64,000 bases of DNA from Spirochaetia bacterium (lineage in GTDB: Bacteria; Spirochaetota; Spirochaetia; UBA9216), in the NCBI GenBank assembly GCA_963675665.1, contig OY776510.1:4896001-4960000 (forward strand), given 5' to 3'. The translations under genes and the position numbers were made by a program. Within the stretch, counting starts at the first letter, position 1. The number at the start of each line of letters is the position of its first letter. This document shows, piece by piece, positions 51,388 through 59,810 of this stretch. The notes beneath the pieces were generated by a model. The model did no database searches, had not been told where the DNA came from, and saw only the letters and a program-made list of their open reading frames with translations.

Positions 51388-53284
51388 TCTTCCCGGGACT
51401 ATCCAGCTCATAACCGCCCAGTTTTTCAAGTTCGACTGCAAATTCATCCGATTTAAGGCATTCTATAAAAGCTTGCATTGCCGGATGTTCCAGCATATCA
51501 ACACGCACAATAAAATCATATTCTTCCCGCCCTACCGGAATAAAATCAAGCCCGTTTATTGCCGCCGCGCTGTACACGCCAAGCCCGGCATCAGCCGTGC
51601 CCGACTTTACTGCCGACGCAACAGCCATATGGGTGCTCATCTCGCGCTCATATCCGGTGATTGAATCGGCATCAATTCCGGCTTTCTGCAGCAGGTAGTC
51701 AAGAAGGACCCTTGTTCCGGAACCGCGTTGGCGGTTTATATAAACCAAACCTGAGGATAGATCTTCGATACCCTTGAGACCTTTCGGGTTGCCCGGTTTG
51801 ACGATTAATCCCTGCGTACGGCCCACTCCTTTTATAAGGGCGGCGTCCTCCGGCTTGAAATACCTGCCGAACAGGTATTCATTATACCGACCGTCTTCAG
51901 GATTAAGCAGGTGCGACGGCGCCAGGTGGCACTCGCCCTTGCGGATGGCCATTACCCCGCCCATACTCCCCATATGGGTCGACGACAGGCTGGTATGGCT
52001 GCCGCTTTTATGCATCAGCTCGGTTATAACGTCAAGCAGAAGATCATGACTGCCGATACTGACCAGCCTGTTCTCAATCTCCGCAACAGGACGCGTAAAC
52101 CTGATCTCAACCTCGCTACCGGCTTCATACCCCTCGGATTCCTGGGGAACTTCAAGAATACCGTCCGCCTGCACCAGGCTCATTGTTACGCCGGCCCCGC
52201 GGCTCAGCGGGCTTACAATCATACGATCGCCGACAACCCCGCATTTAACCCGGACAAACTCACGGTGCTCCAGCGAAGAAGCAATCCGGCGGCTGAGGAT
52301 ACCCGTCCTGAACTCTTCCCCGGCGCTGCCGAGACCCTGCATACTTTCAAGCAATGGCTTTACAAGCCTGTCAAAGATCACATAGCCGGAAACCGGGTAA
52401 CCAGGAAGACCTATTAGAGGTTTAATTCCGGCTCGGCCGAAGATGGCCGGCTTTCCGGGTTTTACCGCAACGCCGTGAAAAAGCAGCTCACCGAAACCGG
52501 CAATAATGTCCGCGGAATAATCTTCGGATCCGGCGGACGAGCCTGCAATAAGAATGACAGCATCGGCCTGTTTCAGTGCTGTCGAAAATGCCTGTTTTAT
52601 CAGCTGTCGATCATCAATTACCGGCTTCATTCTCAGCGGAACAGCACCGGCGTCAGTTACCATTGCTGCAAACATCCTTGAGTTTGAATCAATAATGTTG
52701 CCTGCGGTCATAGCTGAGGGATTCTCTATTATTTCAGTACCGGTAGGAATAATGGCAACAACCGGTTTTCTGAAGACCTCTATTTCGGTAATTCCGCCCG
52801 CAGTAATTGCCCCGATATCAACCGGTCTGATTCTGTGATACGACGGGATTATCAGTTCGCCCGCCGAAATGTCTTCGCCCACATGACGAACATGCTGCCA
52901 GAGGCGCGCCGGAGCCTTTATCACAACCCGTTTCTCATCTGCTTCAAGAAGATCTTCAACCATTATGACGGCATTCCACGGTTCCGTTACCGGATCGCCG
53001 GTATCTACATACCTGAAGCCTGCTCCTGCCTTCAATTCAAGATGGTTTCGATCATGCGCCGCTTCGGTATCGGCTGCTATCACGGCTATTCCGTCCATGG
53101 CCGATGCGTTGTGATTGGGCGAAGACAGTACTGCCGTTACTGCGGCTGCGGAAACCCGGCCGAGTGCGTCATAAACGGGAACTGTTTCAGTTCCTATCCC
53201 TTCGCCTGAAGGAAAAGACCGGAACAGAAGCTCGCGGGCATCCTCGAATTTAAGATTATCCAGATAAACCTTTCGTCCCTTCAC
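51374..53284 (-). CDS. moeA: MoeA fused to a C-terminal periplasmic-binding-protein-like domain
   Basis: SAMDGIAV, IPTGTE, VKPGKP, GLPGYP, then GSHD...NRQRGSGTR...EEYDF. Confidence 0.88.
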   Translation of the reverse strand: MKGRKVYLDNLKFEDARELLFRSFPSGEGIGTETVPVYDALGRVSAAAVTAVLSSPNHNASAMDGIAVIAADTEAAHDRNHLELKAGAGFRYVDTGDPVTEPWNAVIMVEDLLEADEKRVVIKAPARLWQHVRHVGEDISAGELIIPSYHRIRPVDIGAITAGGITEIEVFRKPVVAIIPTGTEIIENPSAMTAGNIIDSNSRMFAAMVTDAGAVPLRMKPVIDDRQLIKQAFSTALKQADAVILIAGSSAGSEDYSADIIAGFGELLFHGVAVKPGKPAIFGRAGIKPLIGLPGYPVSGYVIFDRLVKPLLESMQGLGSAGEEFRTGILSRRIASSLEHREFVRVKCGVVGDRMIVSPLSRGAGVTMSLVQADGILEVPQESEGYEAGSEVEIRFTRPVAEIENRLVSIGSHDLLLDVITELMHKSGSHTSLSSTHMGSMGGVMAIRKGECHLAPSHLLNPEDGRYNEYLFGRYFKPEDAALIKGVGRTQGLIVKPGNPKGLKGIEDLSSGLVYINRQRGSGTRVLLDYLLQKAGIDADSITGYEREMSTHMAVASAVKSGTADAGLGVYSAAAINGLDFIPVGREEYDFIVRVDMLEHPAMQAFIECLKSDEFAVELEKLGGYELDSPGKIIRF

Positions 53285-54510
53285 AGTATATATACCTTTA
53301 CAGCCGTTCCTTTATTAATACCTTCCGAATTGCGCGGGATCCGCACCGTTCCGAAAGCTTCGGCAAGCATTGTTATCAGTCCCGATTCTCCATGAACAGG
53401 AACCGCCATATTTCCATCTGCAGTATGCTCCAGTTTGACAAACTGCCAGGTTTCACGCCCCGGGGCCCCGCTTATATTTTCCGTCAGAACGGCCTCCGTA
53501 TAGGTCTCAGGCGGCGGCACGGACCGGTTAAGCAGACAGACCAGATGCCGGACGATTATGCCGAAAACTACAAGCGCCGAAACCGGATGCCCGGGCAGGC
53601 CGATTACAGGCTTACCCGCAGCGTTCGCGATAATGGTGGGTTTTCCCGGTTTGAAAGCAATTCCGTGGCATAATACCCCGGGAGAACCAAGCGCCGTTAT
53701 CGCCTTAAGCGAGTAATCCTTCACGCCTACTGATGAGCCGCCTGACAGCAGCACAATATCGCTGTTCCTGTGGCACTCACGAAGAACGTCAGTCAGCGCC
53801 TGTTCATCATCCTGTATTATAAAACGATCGTATACATCACAGTCCAATTGTTCGACTGCGGCTGAGATAGTATAGGTGTTAATATCCCGGATCTGACCCA
53901 ATGCCGGCTCCTCGTCCGGACCGACAATCTCGTCGCCGGTTGAGATGACGGAAACTACCGGTTTGCGGTAAACTTCAACTTCGGTACAGCCTATTGAAGT
54001 AAGAACTCCCAAATCGGCCGGTTTTAGTTTTTTCCCGGCTTTTAGAACAACCGTTCCTTTTACAATATCATCCCCGATATTTATTACATTTTCCCTGACG
54101 GTTGCCGGCCTGAAAATGGAAATCTCGTCATCGGTAAGTTTTTCAATATATTCAATCATGACTACAGCGTCGGCCCCGTCCGGAACCATGCCGCCGGTAG
54201 GGACGTAGACAGCTTCACCCGGTTTCAGTTCCATTCCGGCAGTCTGTCCCATAGAAACCTCGCCTTTCAGCTGCAGAAACGCAGGCAGGGTTTCCGAAGC
54301 CCCTGAAACATCCGATGCTTTAACGGCATAACCGTCTTTTGTCGAACGTCTGAATGCGGGCACTGTCTCAGCAGATACCGCATCGGCTGCAAGAAACCTT
54401 CCCGAAGCATTTTCAACCGGTATTATTTCAATATCCAGGGGATATGTTTTAAAGTTCTCTTCCAACAGCTTTTTTGCTTCCGCTATTGTAACGACACTTA
54501 GTAACTCCAT
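53281..54510 (-). CDS. moeA: Molybdopterin molybdotransferase (gephyrin-like)
   Basis: STKDGYAV, TGGMVPDGADAV, STGDE, SGGSSVG, KPGKP, GLPGHP. Confidence 0.9.
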   Translation of the reverse strand: MELLSVVTIAEAKKLLEENFKTYPLDIEIIPVENASGRFLAADAVSAETVPAFRRSTKDGYAVKASDVSGASETLPAFLQLKGEVSMGQTAGMELKPGEAVYVPTGGMVPDGADAVVMIEYIEKLTDDEISIFRPATVRENVINIGDDIVKGTVVLKAGKKLKPADLGVLTSIGCTEVEVYRKPVVSVISTGDEIVGPDEEPALGQIRDINTYTISAAVEQLDCDVYDRFIIQDDEQALTDVLRECHRNSDIVLLSGGSSVGVKDYSLKAITALGSPGVLCHGIAFKPGKPTIIANAAGKPVIGLPGHPVSALVVFGIIVRHLVCLLNRSVPPPETYTEAVLTENISGAPGRETWQFVKLEHTADGNMAVPVHGESGLITMLAEAFGTVRIPRNSEGINKGTAVKVYIL

Positions 54511-54619
54511 ATTTTATCTCCTGTTTTTTAATAAAACATATCAGCCGATGAAAAACAAGAGCTCCGTTTTTTATTTCTTTATTTTACACATTGTATTATA
54601 TTTATTATATATAGAGAGG

Positions 54620-54697
54620 GAATTATGAAAAATCTTCCATGAGTTTTCATAATTAACTACACTGATCTGCCGCTTATGGCGGAATATATTATAGGAG
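54620..54697 (+). repeat. Structured element E4 (short form) immediately upstream of IS copy 2
   Basis: G-AATTATGAAAAATC-TTCCAT-GAGTTTTCATAATT ... CCGC-TTATG-GCGG ... TTATAGGAG; the start resembles the IS left end GAATGATAAAAAGTCTTCATGAG. Confidence 0.65.
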
Positions 54698-54722
54698 GAA
54701 TGATAAAAAGTCTTCATGAGCT

Positions 54723-54875
54723 GGTGAATTGATATACTGCCTTAACTTTAATTGAGGCAGTAAGGTTACTGTTCGACATTTTTACTGGTCCGCGAGACCG
54801 TTTAGGAGATTGAAGAGCCGTAACCGAAACATTCAATGGTCTGCGAGACCGGATAGGAGAATGGAACAATTCACC
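54723..54875 (+). ncRNA. Putative bridge/seek RNA
   Basis: GGTGAATTG/CAATTCACC closing stem, a 5' hairpin, and two repeated modules GGTC-YGCGA-GACC-..TAGGAG whose flanks match the target and donor junction sequences. Confidence 0.72.
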
Positions 54876-54910
54876 GTATAGGCACTGCTTCAAACTATTG
54901 GAGATAGAAC

Positions 54911-56023
54911 ATGAAGATGAGTATTGGCGTGGATCTTCACAAAACGCAGTTTACAGTATGCCTTTTAAGTGAAGACCGAAAAATTGATCAATTGGGAATG
55001 TATCCGACCAGCGGAAATGGTTATGGAGCATTTCTGAAAATGCTGGATGAATATTGTGAAGAGGAATATGAGTTGAGAGCAGCGGTGGAAACAACCGGGA
55101 ATGCCCGTTATTTCCGCAATAAACTGTTAAAGGCTGGAGTCGAAGTGGTTGTAGTGAATACTTTGAAATTCAAGGTAGTGAATGAATCTGTAAAAAAGAC
55201 AGACAAACATGATGCACGCACCCTGGCGGAGTTTCTTGAGAAAGACATGCTGCCTGAATCGATATTATGTTCCCAAGAGAGTGAGGATATTCGAAGGGTG
55301 CTGAAATCCAGGTCGATACTGGTAAAATCTGTTGTGTCGTTAAAGAACCAGGTGCATGGCTTATTACTTGGTTATGGAATAGAGACCAAACGCGGACAGC
55401 TGCAGAGTAAAAAAGAAAGGCAGCGAATCCTGAACGGTCTCGAGGACCACGACTTTTACGGAAGCGCTGCCAAAACGGTAATACCGTTACTGGATATGAT
55501 AGATAATCAGGCATCGCAAGTCAAGCAGCTTGAAAAGGTTTTGGCTGAGCTTGTGGAGGACGATGAAGATGTTGAGCTTCTGCAGACAATACCAGGCGTG
55601 GGTCTAATAACAGCAGCAACAGTAAGAGCCTATACAGACGATATCGGCAGATATGATAGTGCGAAGAAATATGCAGCAAACGCCGGGCTTGTGCCATGGG
55701 TGCAGAACTCAAATATGACAATACATCATGGACATATAACAAAGCGTGGGCCTGTAGAACTGAGGACAGCCTTCGTACAGATGGTGATGGGAATGGTTCG
55801 TATGCAAAAGAAGACCGGGACGTACCGAATAATGACGAAGTATGCAGCGATGAAGAAGCAGAAAGGCTCGGGTAAGAGTGTAATAGCTGCCGCCCGCAAG
55901 ATGAGCACTTTGGTATATACAATTTTAAAAACCAGAGAGCCGTTTGATCCGATGAAAATGGCTTTTAGAAAAGAATACAGGGAAATGCAGGCAGCAGCAT
56001 GGGAAGCTGTAATGGTCGGTTGA
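54911..56023 (+). CDS. IS110-family DEDD recombinase/transposase
   Basis: Protein identical to 32701-33813. Confidence 0.95.
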   Translation: MKMSIGVDLHKTQFTVCLLSEDRKIDQLGMYPTSGNGYGAFLKMLDEYCEEEYELRAAVETTGNARYFRNKLLKAGVEVVVVNTLKFKVVNESVKKTDKHDARTLAEFLEKDMLPESILCSQESEDIRRVLKSRSILVKSVVSLKNQVHGLLLGYGIETKRGQLQSKKERQRILNGLEDHDFYGSAAKTVIPLLDMIDNQASQVKQLEKVLAELVEDDEDVELLQTIPGVGLITAATVRAYTDDIGRYDSAKKYAANAGLVPWVQNSNMTIHHGHITKRGPVELRTAFVQMVMGMVRMQKKTGTYRIMTKYAAMKKQKGSGKSVIAAARKMSTLVYTILKTREPFDPMKMAFRKEYREMQAAAWEAVMVG

Positions 56024-56084
56024 TATCCGACTAGATCATAAGCTTATATTTTTAGCTTGTGGTTGACTTTTTATAGGAGCAAAA

Positions 56085-56702
56085 ATGCAGGTGTCTTTTA
56101 AAAAGATACTCCTGAGTATGCTGCTGTTTGCTGCGGGAAGTGCAACTTTTTTATCCGGAGACGATACTACGAATAATTACCTTTCATTATACGATTTCAA
56201 TAGCATGAATAACAATTCACAGTACGAATGGCAGGATTTTACTGATCAGGTAATGGGAGGGAAATCGGAAATATCCACATCCCTGCTTCAGGAGGACGGG
56301 GAGTTTTTTCTGCGGATGGAAGGCGAAGTGTCTTTAAAAAACAACGGAGGCTTTATTCAGACCCGGCTTCAACTGAGCAGGGGATTTGGAACCCTGGATG
56401 CTTCTGATTATGACGGAATCAGATTGCTGGTAAGGGGAATAGAGTCCGGCTACTACCTGTTTTTCAGAACAACAAGCACCATTCTGCCTTGGCTGTATTA
56501 CTCGGCCGGTATCGATGTAAAACCCGGATGGCAGGTAATCGACATACCATGGTCGGCAGTAACCAAAGGAGCTTACGGTTCAATGGGAAATTTCAAAACA
56601 TCAAAACTGAAAAGTATAGCTGTTGTTGCTTTCGGACGGGAATTTACAGCTCAGATTGATCTTAAACGAATAGGTTTATATAAAAAGGATCCTGAACTTT
56701 AA
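56085..56702 (+). CDS. CIA30-family protein with signal peptide
   Basis: W..FTDQVMGGKS, GEVSLKNNGGF motifs. Confidence 0.8.
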   Translation: MQVSFKKILLSMLLFAAGSATFLSGDDTTNNYLSLYDFNSMNNNSQYEWQDFTDQVMGGKSEISTSLLQEDGEFFLRMEGEVSLKNNGGFIQTRLQLSRGFGTLDASDYDGIRLLVRGIESGYYLFFRTTSTILPWLYYSAGIDVKPGWQVIDIPWSAVTKGAYGSMGNFKTSKLKSIAVVAFGREFTAQIDLKRIGLYKKDPEL

Positions 56703-56707
56703 CTGAA

Positions 56708-58090
56708 TTAAACTTTATTCGGATGATTCCTTATATAGGTTTTTGTATCAAATTTTCTTTTACATCCACTTTCATTCATATAGCGAATCTTTCCGAATAC
56801 AGCCCGCTCTCCCCAGGCCCTGTCGTGCAGCCCGCCGATTGCCCACGCGCAGCCGGCATAACCGTTCGGATCATTACCGTCAATTGAATACCTGTCATTC
56901 AGCTTAACTGCAGTCCGCATTGCCTCTGAAGCATCATGAGACCACTCCAGAATTTTCTTTGCCCAGTACATCCGCATATATCCGTGCATCCGTCCTGTAT
57001 TAACCATCTGAAGCTGGGCGGCATTCCAGAGATCTTCATGCGTTTCAGCCTGTTCAAACCGGCTGAAACTGTACAGATATTCACGCCTGTCAAGTGAATG
57101 CACACCGAGACTGTGCACCGCCCAGGAAGGGAAACCTTGGATGTTATCATAATCAGGATTATAGAGGCAGAAATTGTCGGACAGCTCTCTTCGCACAACC
57201 AGTTCATCCAGGAAACCGCCTTTAAGCGAGATCTCCCCCAGAAAGCCTGCAGCTTCCAGCGCCGCGGTTTGCGGGGCAACCTGGCCGAAATGCAGATAGG
57301 GCGACAGCCCTGATTGACCGTTTTTATTCGGGTCGTTTCTGTCTTCGGGGTATTTACCAAGTCCGTTTTCAATAAAACTGTATAGAGTTTTCAGTCCCTG
57401 CTCACTGCCCGGTATCAAACCGTTTACAGCGGGAATGTTTTTATCCGCATTATACCTTATTGCGATTTCTTCCCAATCGGGATCATTCCCCGGCAGGCCT
57501 GCCGAAGTTTTTATACCGGCAAAAACATCTTCAACTGCAGGAAAGGGGACCAGAAACCCGGAAAGCACAGCTTCAATCCTTCGTCTCAAGGTGTGGGCCC
57601 CGAACTCCTGTTTACCCGAAATATATCTGCAGGGAACTATATTATGGCTGTCCACTTCGATTACCGGAATTGACAGTTCGGCAGCCAGGGCCTTCTGCTG
57701 CTGCATACTTTCACGCAGCGGATTAAAATCACAGACGACAGCAGCAGCCTGAACCTGTTGAGAATACTGCCTGATCATTTTATAAGGCTCTGATCCGGAC
57801 AACACCCTGAAAGCAATATTCAGTTCACAGGACCTTTTATAAACTTCTTTAAGTCCTCCAATCAGGAAATCAAAACTTCGTGCCGTTTCACCGAAGAGTT
57901 CAGGCCATAATGTAAACACCACAACAAGGCGGTAATTTCCGCGTCCGGCAAGATCTGCCGCATGAAGAAGCGACCAGTTATCATCGATCCGCTGCTCGCG
58001 CGACATCCAGTATATTACACTGCCTTCCGGTGGCATTTTACAGCTGTTCAGGTAATAAAGTCTGCGATCATCAACAACGATGTCTTTCAT
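56708..58090 (-). CDS. phrB: Class II CPD DNA photolyase
   Basis: YWMSREQR..DN, SGLSPYLHFG, RRELSDNFC, MHGYMRMYWAKKILEW, DGNDPNGY. Confidence 0.9.
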   Translation of the reverse strand: MKDIVVDDRRLYYLNSCKMPPEGSVIYWMSREQRIDDNWSLLHAADLAGRGNYRLVVVFTLWPELFGETARSFDFLIGGLKEVYKRSCELNIAFRVLSGSEPYKMIRQYSQQVQAAAVVCDFNPLRESMQQQKALAAELSIPVIEVDSHNIVPCRYISGKQEFGAHTLRRRIEAVLSGFLVPFPAVEDVFAGIKTSAGLPGNDPDWEEIAIRYNADKNIPAVNGLIPGSEQGLKTLYSFIENGLGKYPEDRNDPNKNGQSGLSPYLHFGQVAPQTAALEAAGFLGEISLKGGFLDELVVRRELSDNFCLYNPDYDNIQGFPSWAVHSLGVHSLDRREYLYSFSRFEQAETHEDLWNAAQLQMVNTGRMHGYMRMYWAKKILEWSHDASEAMRTAVKLNDRYSIDGNDPNGYAGCAWAIGGLHDRAWGERAVFGKIRYMNESGCKRKFDTKTYIRNHPNKV

Positions 58091-58314
58091 CAGTTCCTTT
58101 TTAAAAAAGCCTCATAGGCAGCTATAGCTGAACTGATTTCAGCATCCTTAACCATTCCCCGGCCGGCCCAGCCTAGTCCTTCATAATTATACAGGGCTGC
58201 AAGTTCATTCTCAATTTCATTTTTATCGAAAGATGATCTGCAGGCCTTTCGCTCAAGAGCTTCCATTGTAGTCTGATAACTGATGCTGTATGTTTCTTCG
58301 ATGTTCATACTCAT
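58090..58314 (-). CDS. Small hypothetical protein
   Basis: 74-aa ORF overlapping both neighbours by 1-4 bp, consistent with translational coupling. Confidence 0.6.
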   Translation of the reverse strand: MSMNIEETYSISYQTTMEALERKACRSSFDKNEIENELAALYNYEGLGWAGRGMVKDAEISSAIAAYEAFLKRN

Positions 58315-59810
58315 CTCTCCTGTCGATAAAGTTCCGTTAATTCCAATCCTCCAGTGTTAAATAATTCCAGAAAAGCCAGGACCTTTTCATCCTCAAGCTG
58401 CCTGATATCATACTCTCTTTCAAGCAAATCGAGCTCTATGGCTGCAACCGCGGCTTCCGAAGTCAGACCTGCTTCAAACCGGATCCTCTCGCGTTCCAGC
58501 AGAATCCTGTCATATTCAAGCCCCCGCAAAAGAAGTTCGAACTTTTCTTCGATAAGCCTGATATTCCTGATTGCCGCAGCGGTCTGGATTTCAGACGCTT
58601 CCCTTGCCGAATCAAGGCGCTGTCGGGCCGCAAGCAAAGCAGTCCGCTCCGACTCTTTCTTTTTTCCTGATTCACCCCAGTCAAGAGCAGAAAAAGAAAC
58701 CGAAAGACTTACACTGAGATCCATTTCAGCTGAAACTGCATCACTGAAGGCAGTTTCTATTTCCGTTGCAGCATCGGTGTCGGATCTTCTATACAGGGCA
58801 GAGACCTCAACAACAGGTTCTGTTCCGTTCTGAACAGCAGTTCCTGCCAGCTCGATACTTCTTGCAGCGGAGGCAGCTAAAATCACACTAATGCTTTTTT
58901 GAGGATCAACTTCCGCGTTAACGTCCGAATCAAAAGAACCCAAATCAATTTGTTCGTCTCCGATATTCTTTAATCCCGTCAGCTGAACAAGATCTTCTTT
59001 TGCCGACTCTATTTGAAACTGAATCTCGATCAAGGCCTCCTGCTGCCTTCTTATCTGCAGTTCTTCCGAAAGCCTGTCGAGACTGCTGACCCGTCCGGCC
59101 TGTTCATCCTGACGGGCAAGTTCCAGCCTCTTTTGAGCAAGACCTATCCGTTTCTCAAGAACCAGGTATGAATTTCTCAGACTGTTCAGAACAGCTGCCG
59201 TTCGGGCAACAAGAATAACCAGGCTGTTTTCAAAGGACTGAAGGTTCAGTTCAGCCTGCCTGAGGGACAGTTTTGCAAGCTCATCGGATAGCTTCAGGTT
59301 ATCAACTCTCAGAGGTGTGGCGTTTATCCTGTCGATAAAAAGCGGCTGTCTGAAATAAAGTGAGAGCGCAGGGCTGACAAGATAATTCCAGTCGGCACCG
59401 TCAGCTTCAGCCAGCGACAAGTCCAGATTTCCGGCGCCTGTAAGACCCAGGCTTCCCCCGGTAGGAATATTCGCATCTATGATTATTCCGCCGCCTGCTT
59501 TATGGCGTTTATAGCGTTCGGACTGAAAGGTATCGGCGGAAAACTCATTCGCATCAGAATATCTGTACAGGGGGTTGTTTCCGCCGTCGGTGGTAAATCC
59601 TATCTTCGGCAGGACCCCGGCCCCGGCTGATTCGTAATTCAGTTTTTCAGCAGCAACATCATAACCGGCAGCTGCAATATCCATATTATATTCAAGGGCA
59701 TTCCGTATCAGGTCGGATAATTCGACAGGTTCCGCCGCAACCGTAAAAACCGCAGCAATTAATAATACCGTTGATAATACCGATAATCTGTTGGTTTTTG
59801 AATTCATCAT
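58311..59810 (-). CDS. TolC-family outer membrane efflux protein
   Basis: Signal peptide, helical repeats with F.AG..S motifs, follows the RND permease; start trimmed to MMNSK. Confidence 0.78.
   Translation of the reverse strand: MMNSKTNRLSVLSTVLLIAAVFTVAAEPVELSDLIRNALEYNMDIAAAGYDVAAEKLNYESAGAGVLPKIGFTTDGGNNPLYRYSDANEFSADTFQSERYKRHKAGGGIIIDANIPTGGSLGLTGAGNLDLSLAEADGADWNYLVSPALSLYFRQPLFIDRINATPLRVDNLKLSDELAKLSLRQAELNLQSFENSLVILVARTAAVLNSLRNSYLVLEKRIGLAQKRLELARQDEQAGRVSSLDRLSEELQIRRQQEALIEIQFQIESAKEDLVQLTGLKNIGDEQIDLGSFDSDVNAEVDPQKSISVILAASAARSIELAGTAVQNGTEPVVEVSALYRRSDTDAATEIETAFSDAVSAEMDLSVSLSVSFSALDWGESGKKKESERTALLAARQRLDSAREASEIQTAAAIRNIRLIEEKFELLLRGLEYDRILLERERIRFEAGLTSEAAVAAIELDLLEREYDIRQLEDEKVLAFLELFNTGGLELTELYRQER

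Larger units (their letters stand above)
54698..56079 (+). mobile_element. IS110-family (IS1111-like) insertion sequence, copy 2, 1382 bp
   Basis: Matches 32645-34026. Subterminal IRs ATAAAAAGTC (54703-54712) and GACTTTTTAT (56065-56074); TTATAGGAG on both sides. Confidence 0.93.

Noticed and set aside
54689-54697. TTATAGGAG as a 9-bp target-site duplication
   Set aside because: The same sequence ends both IS copies and overlaps the subterminal IR, so it is donor-target homology. IS110 elements do not make TSDs.
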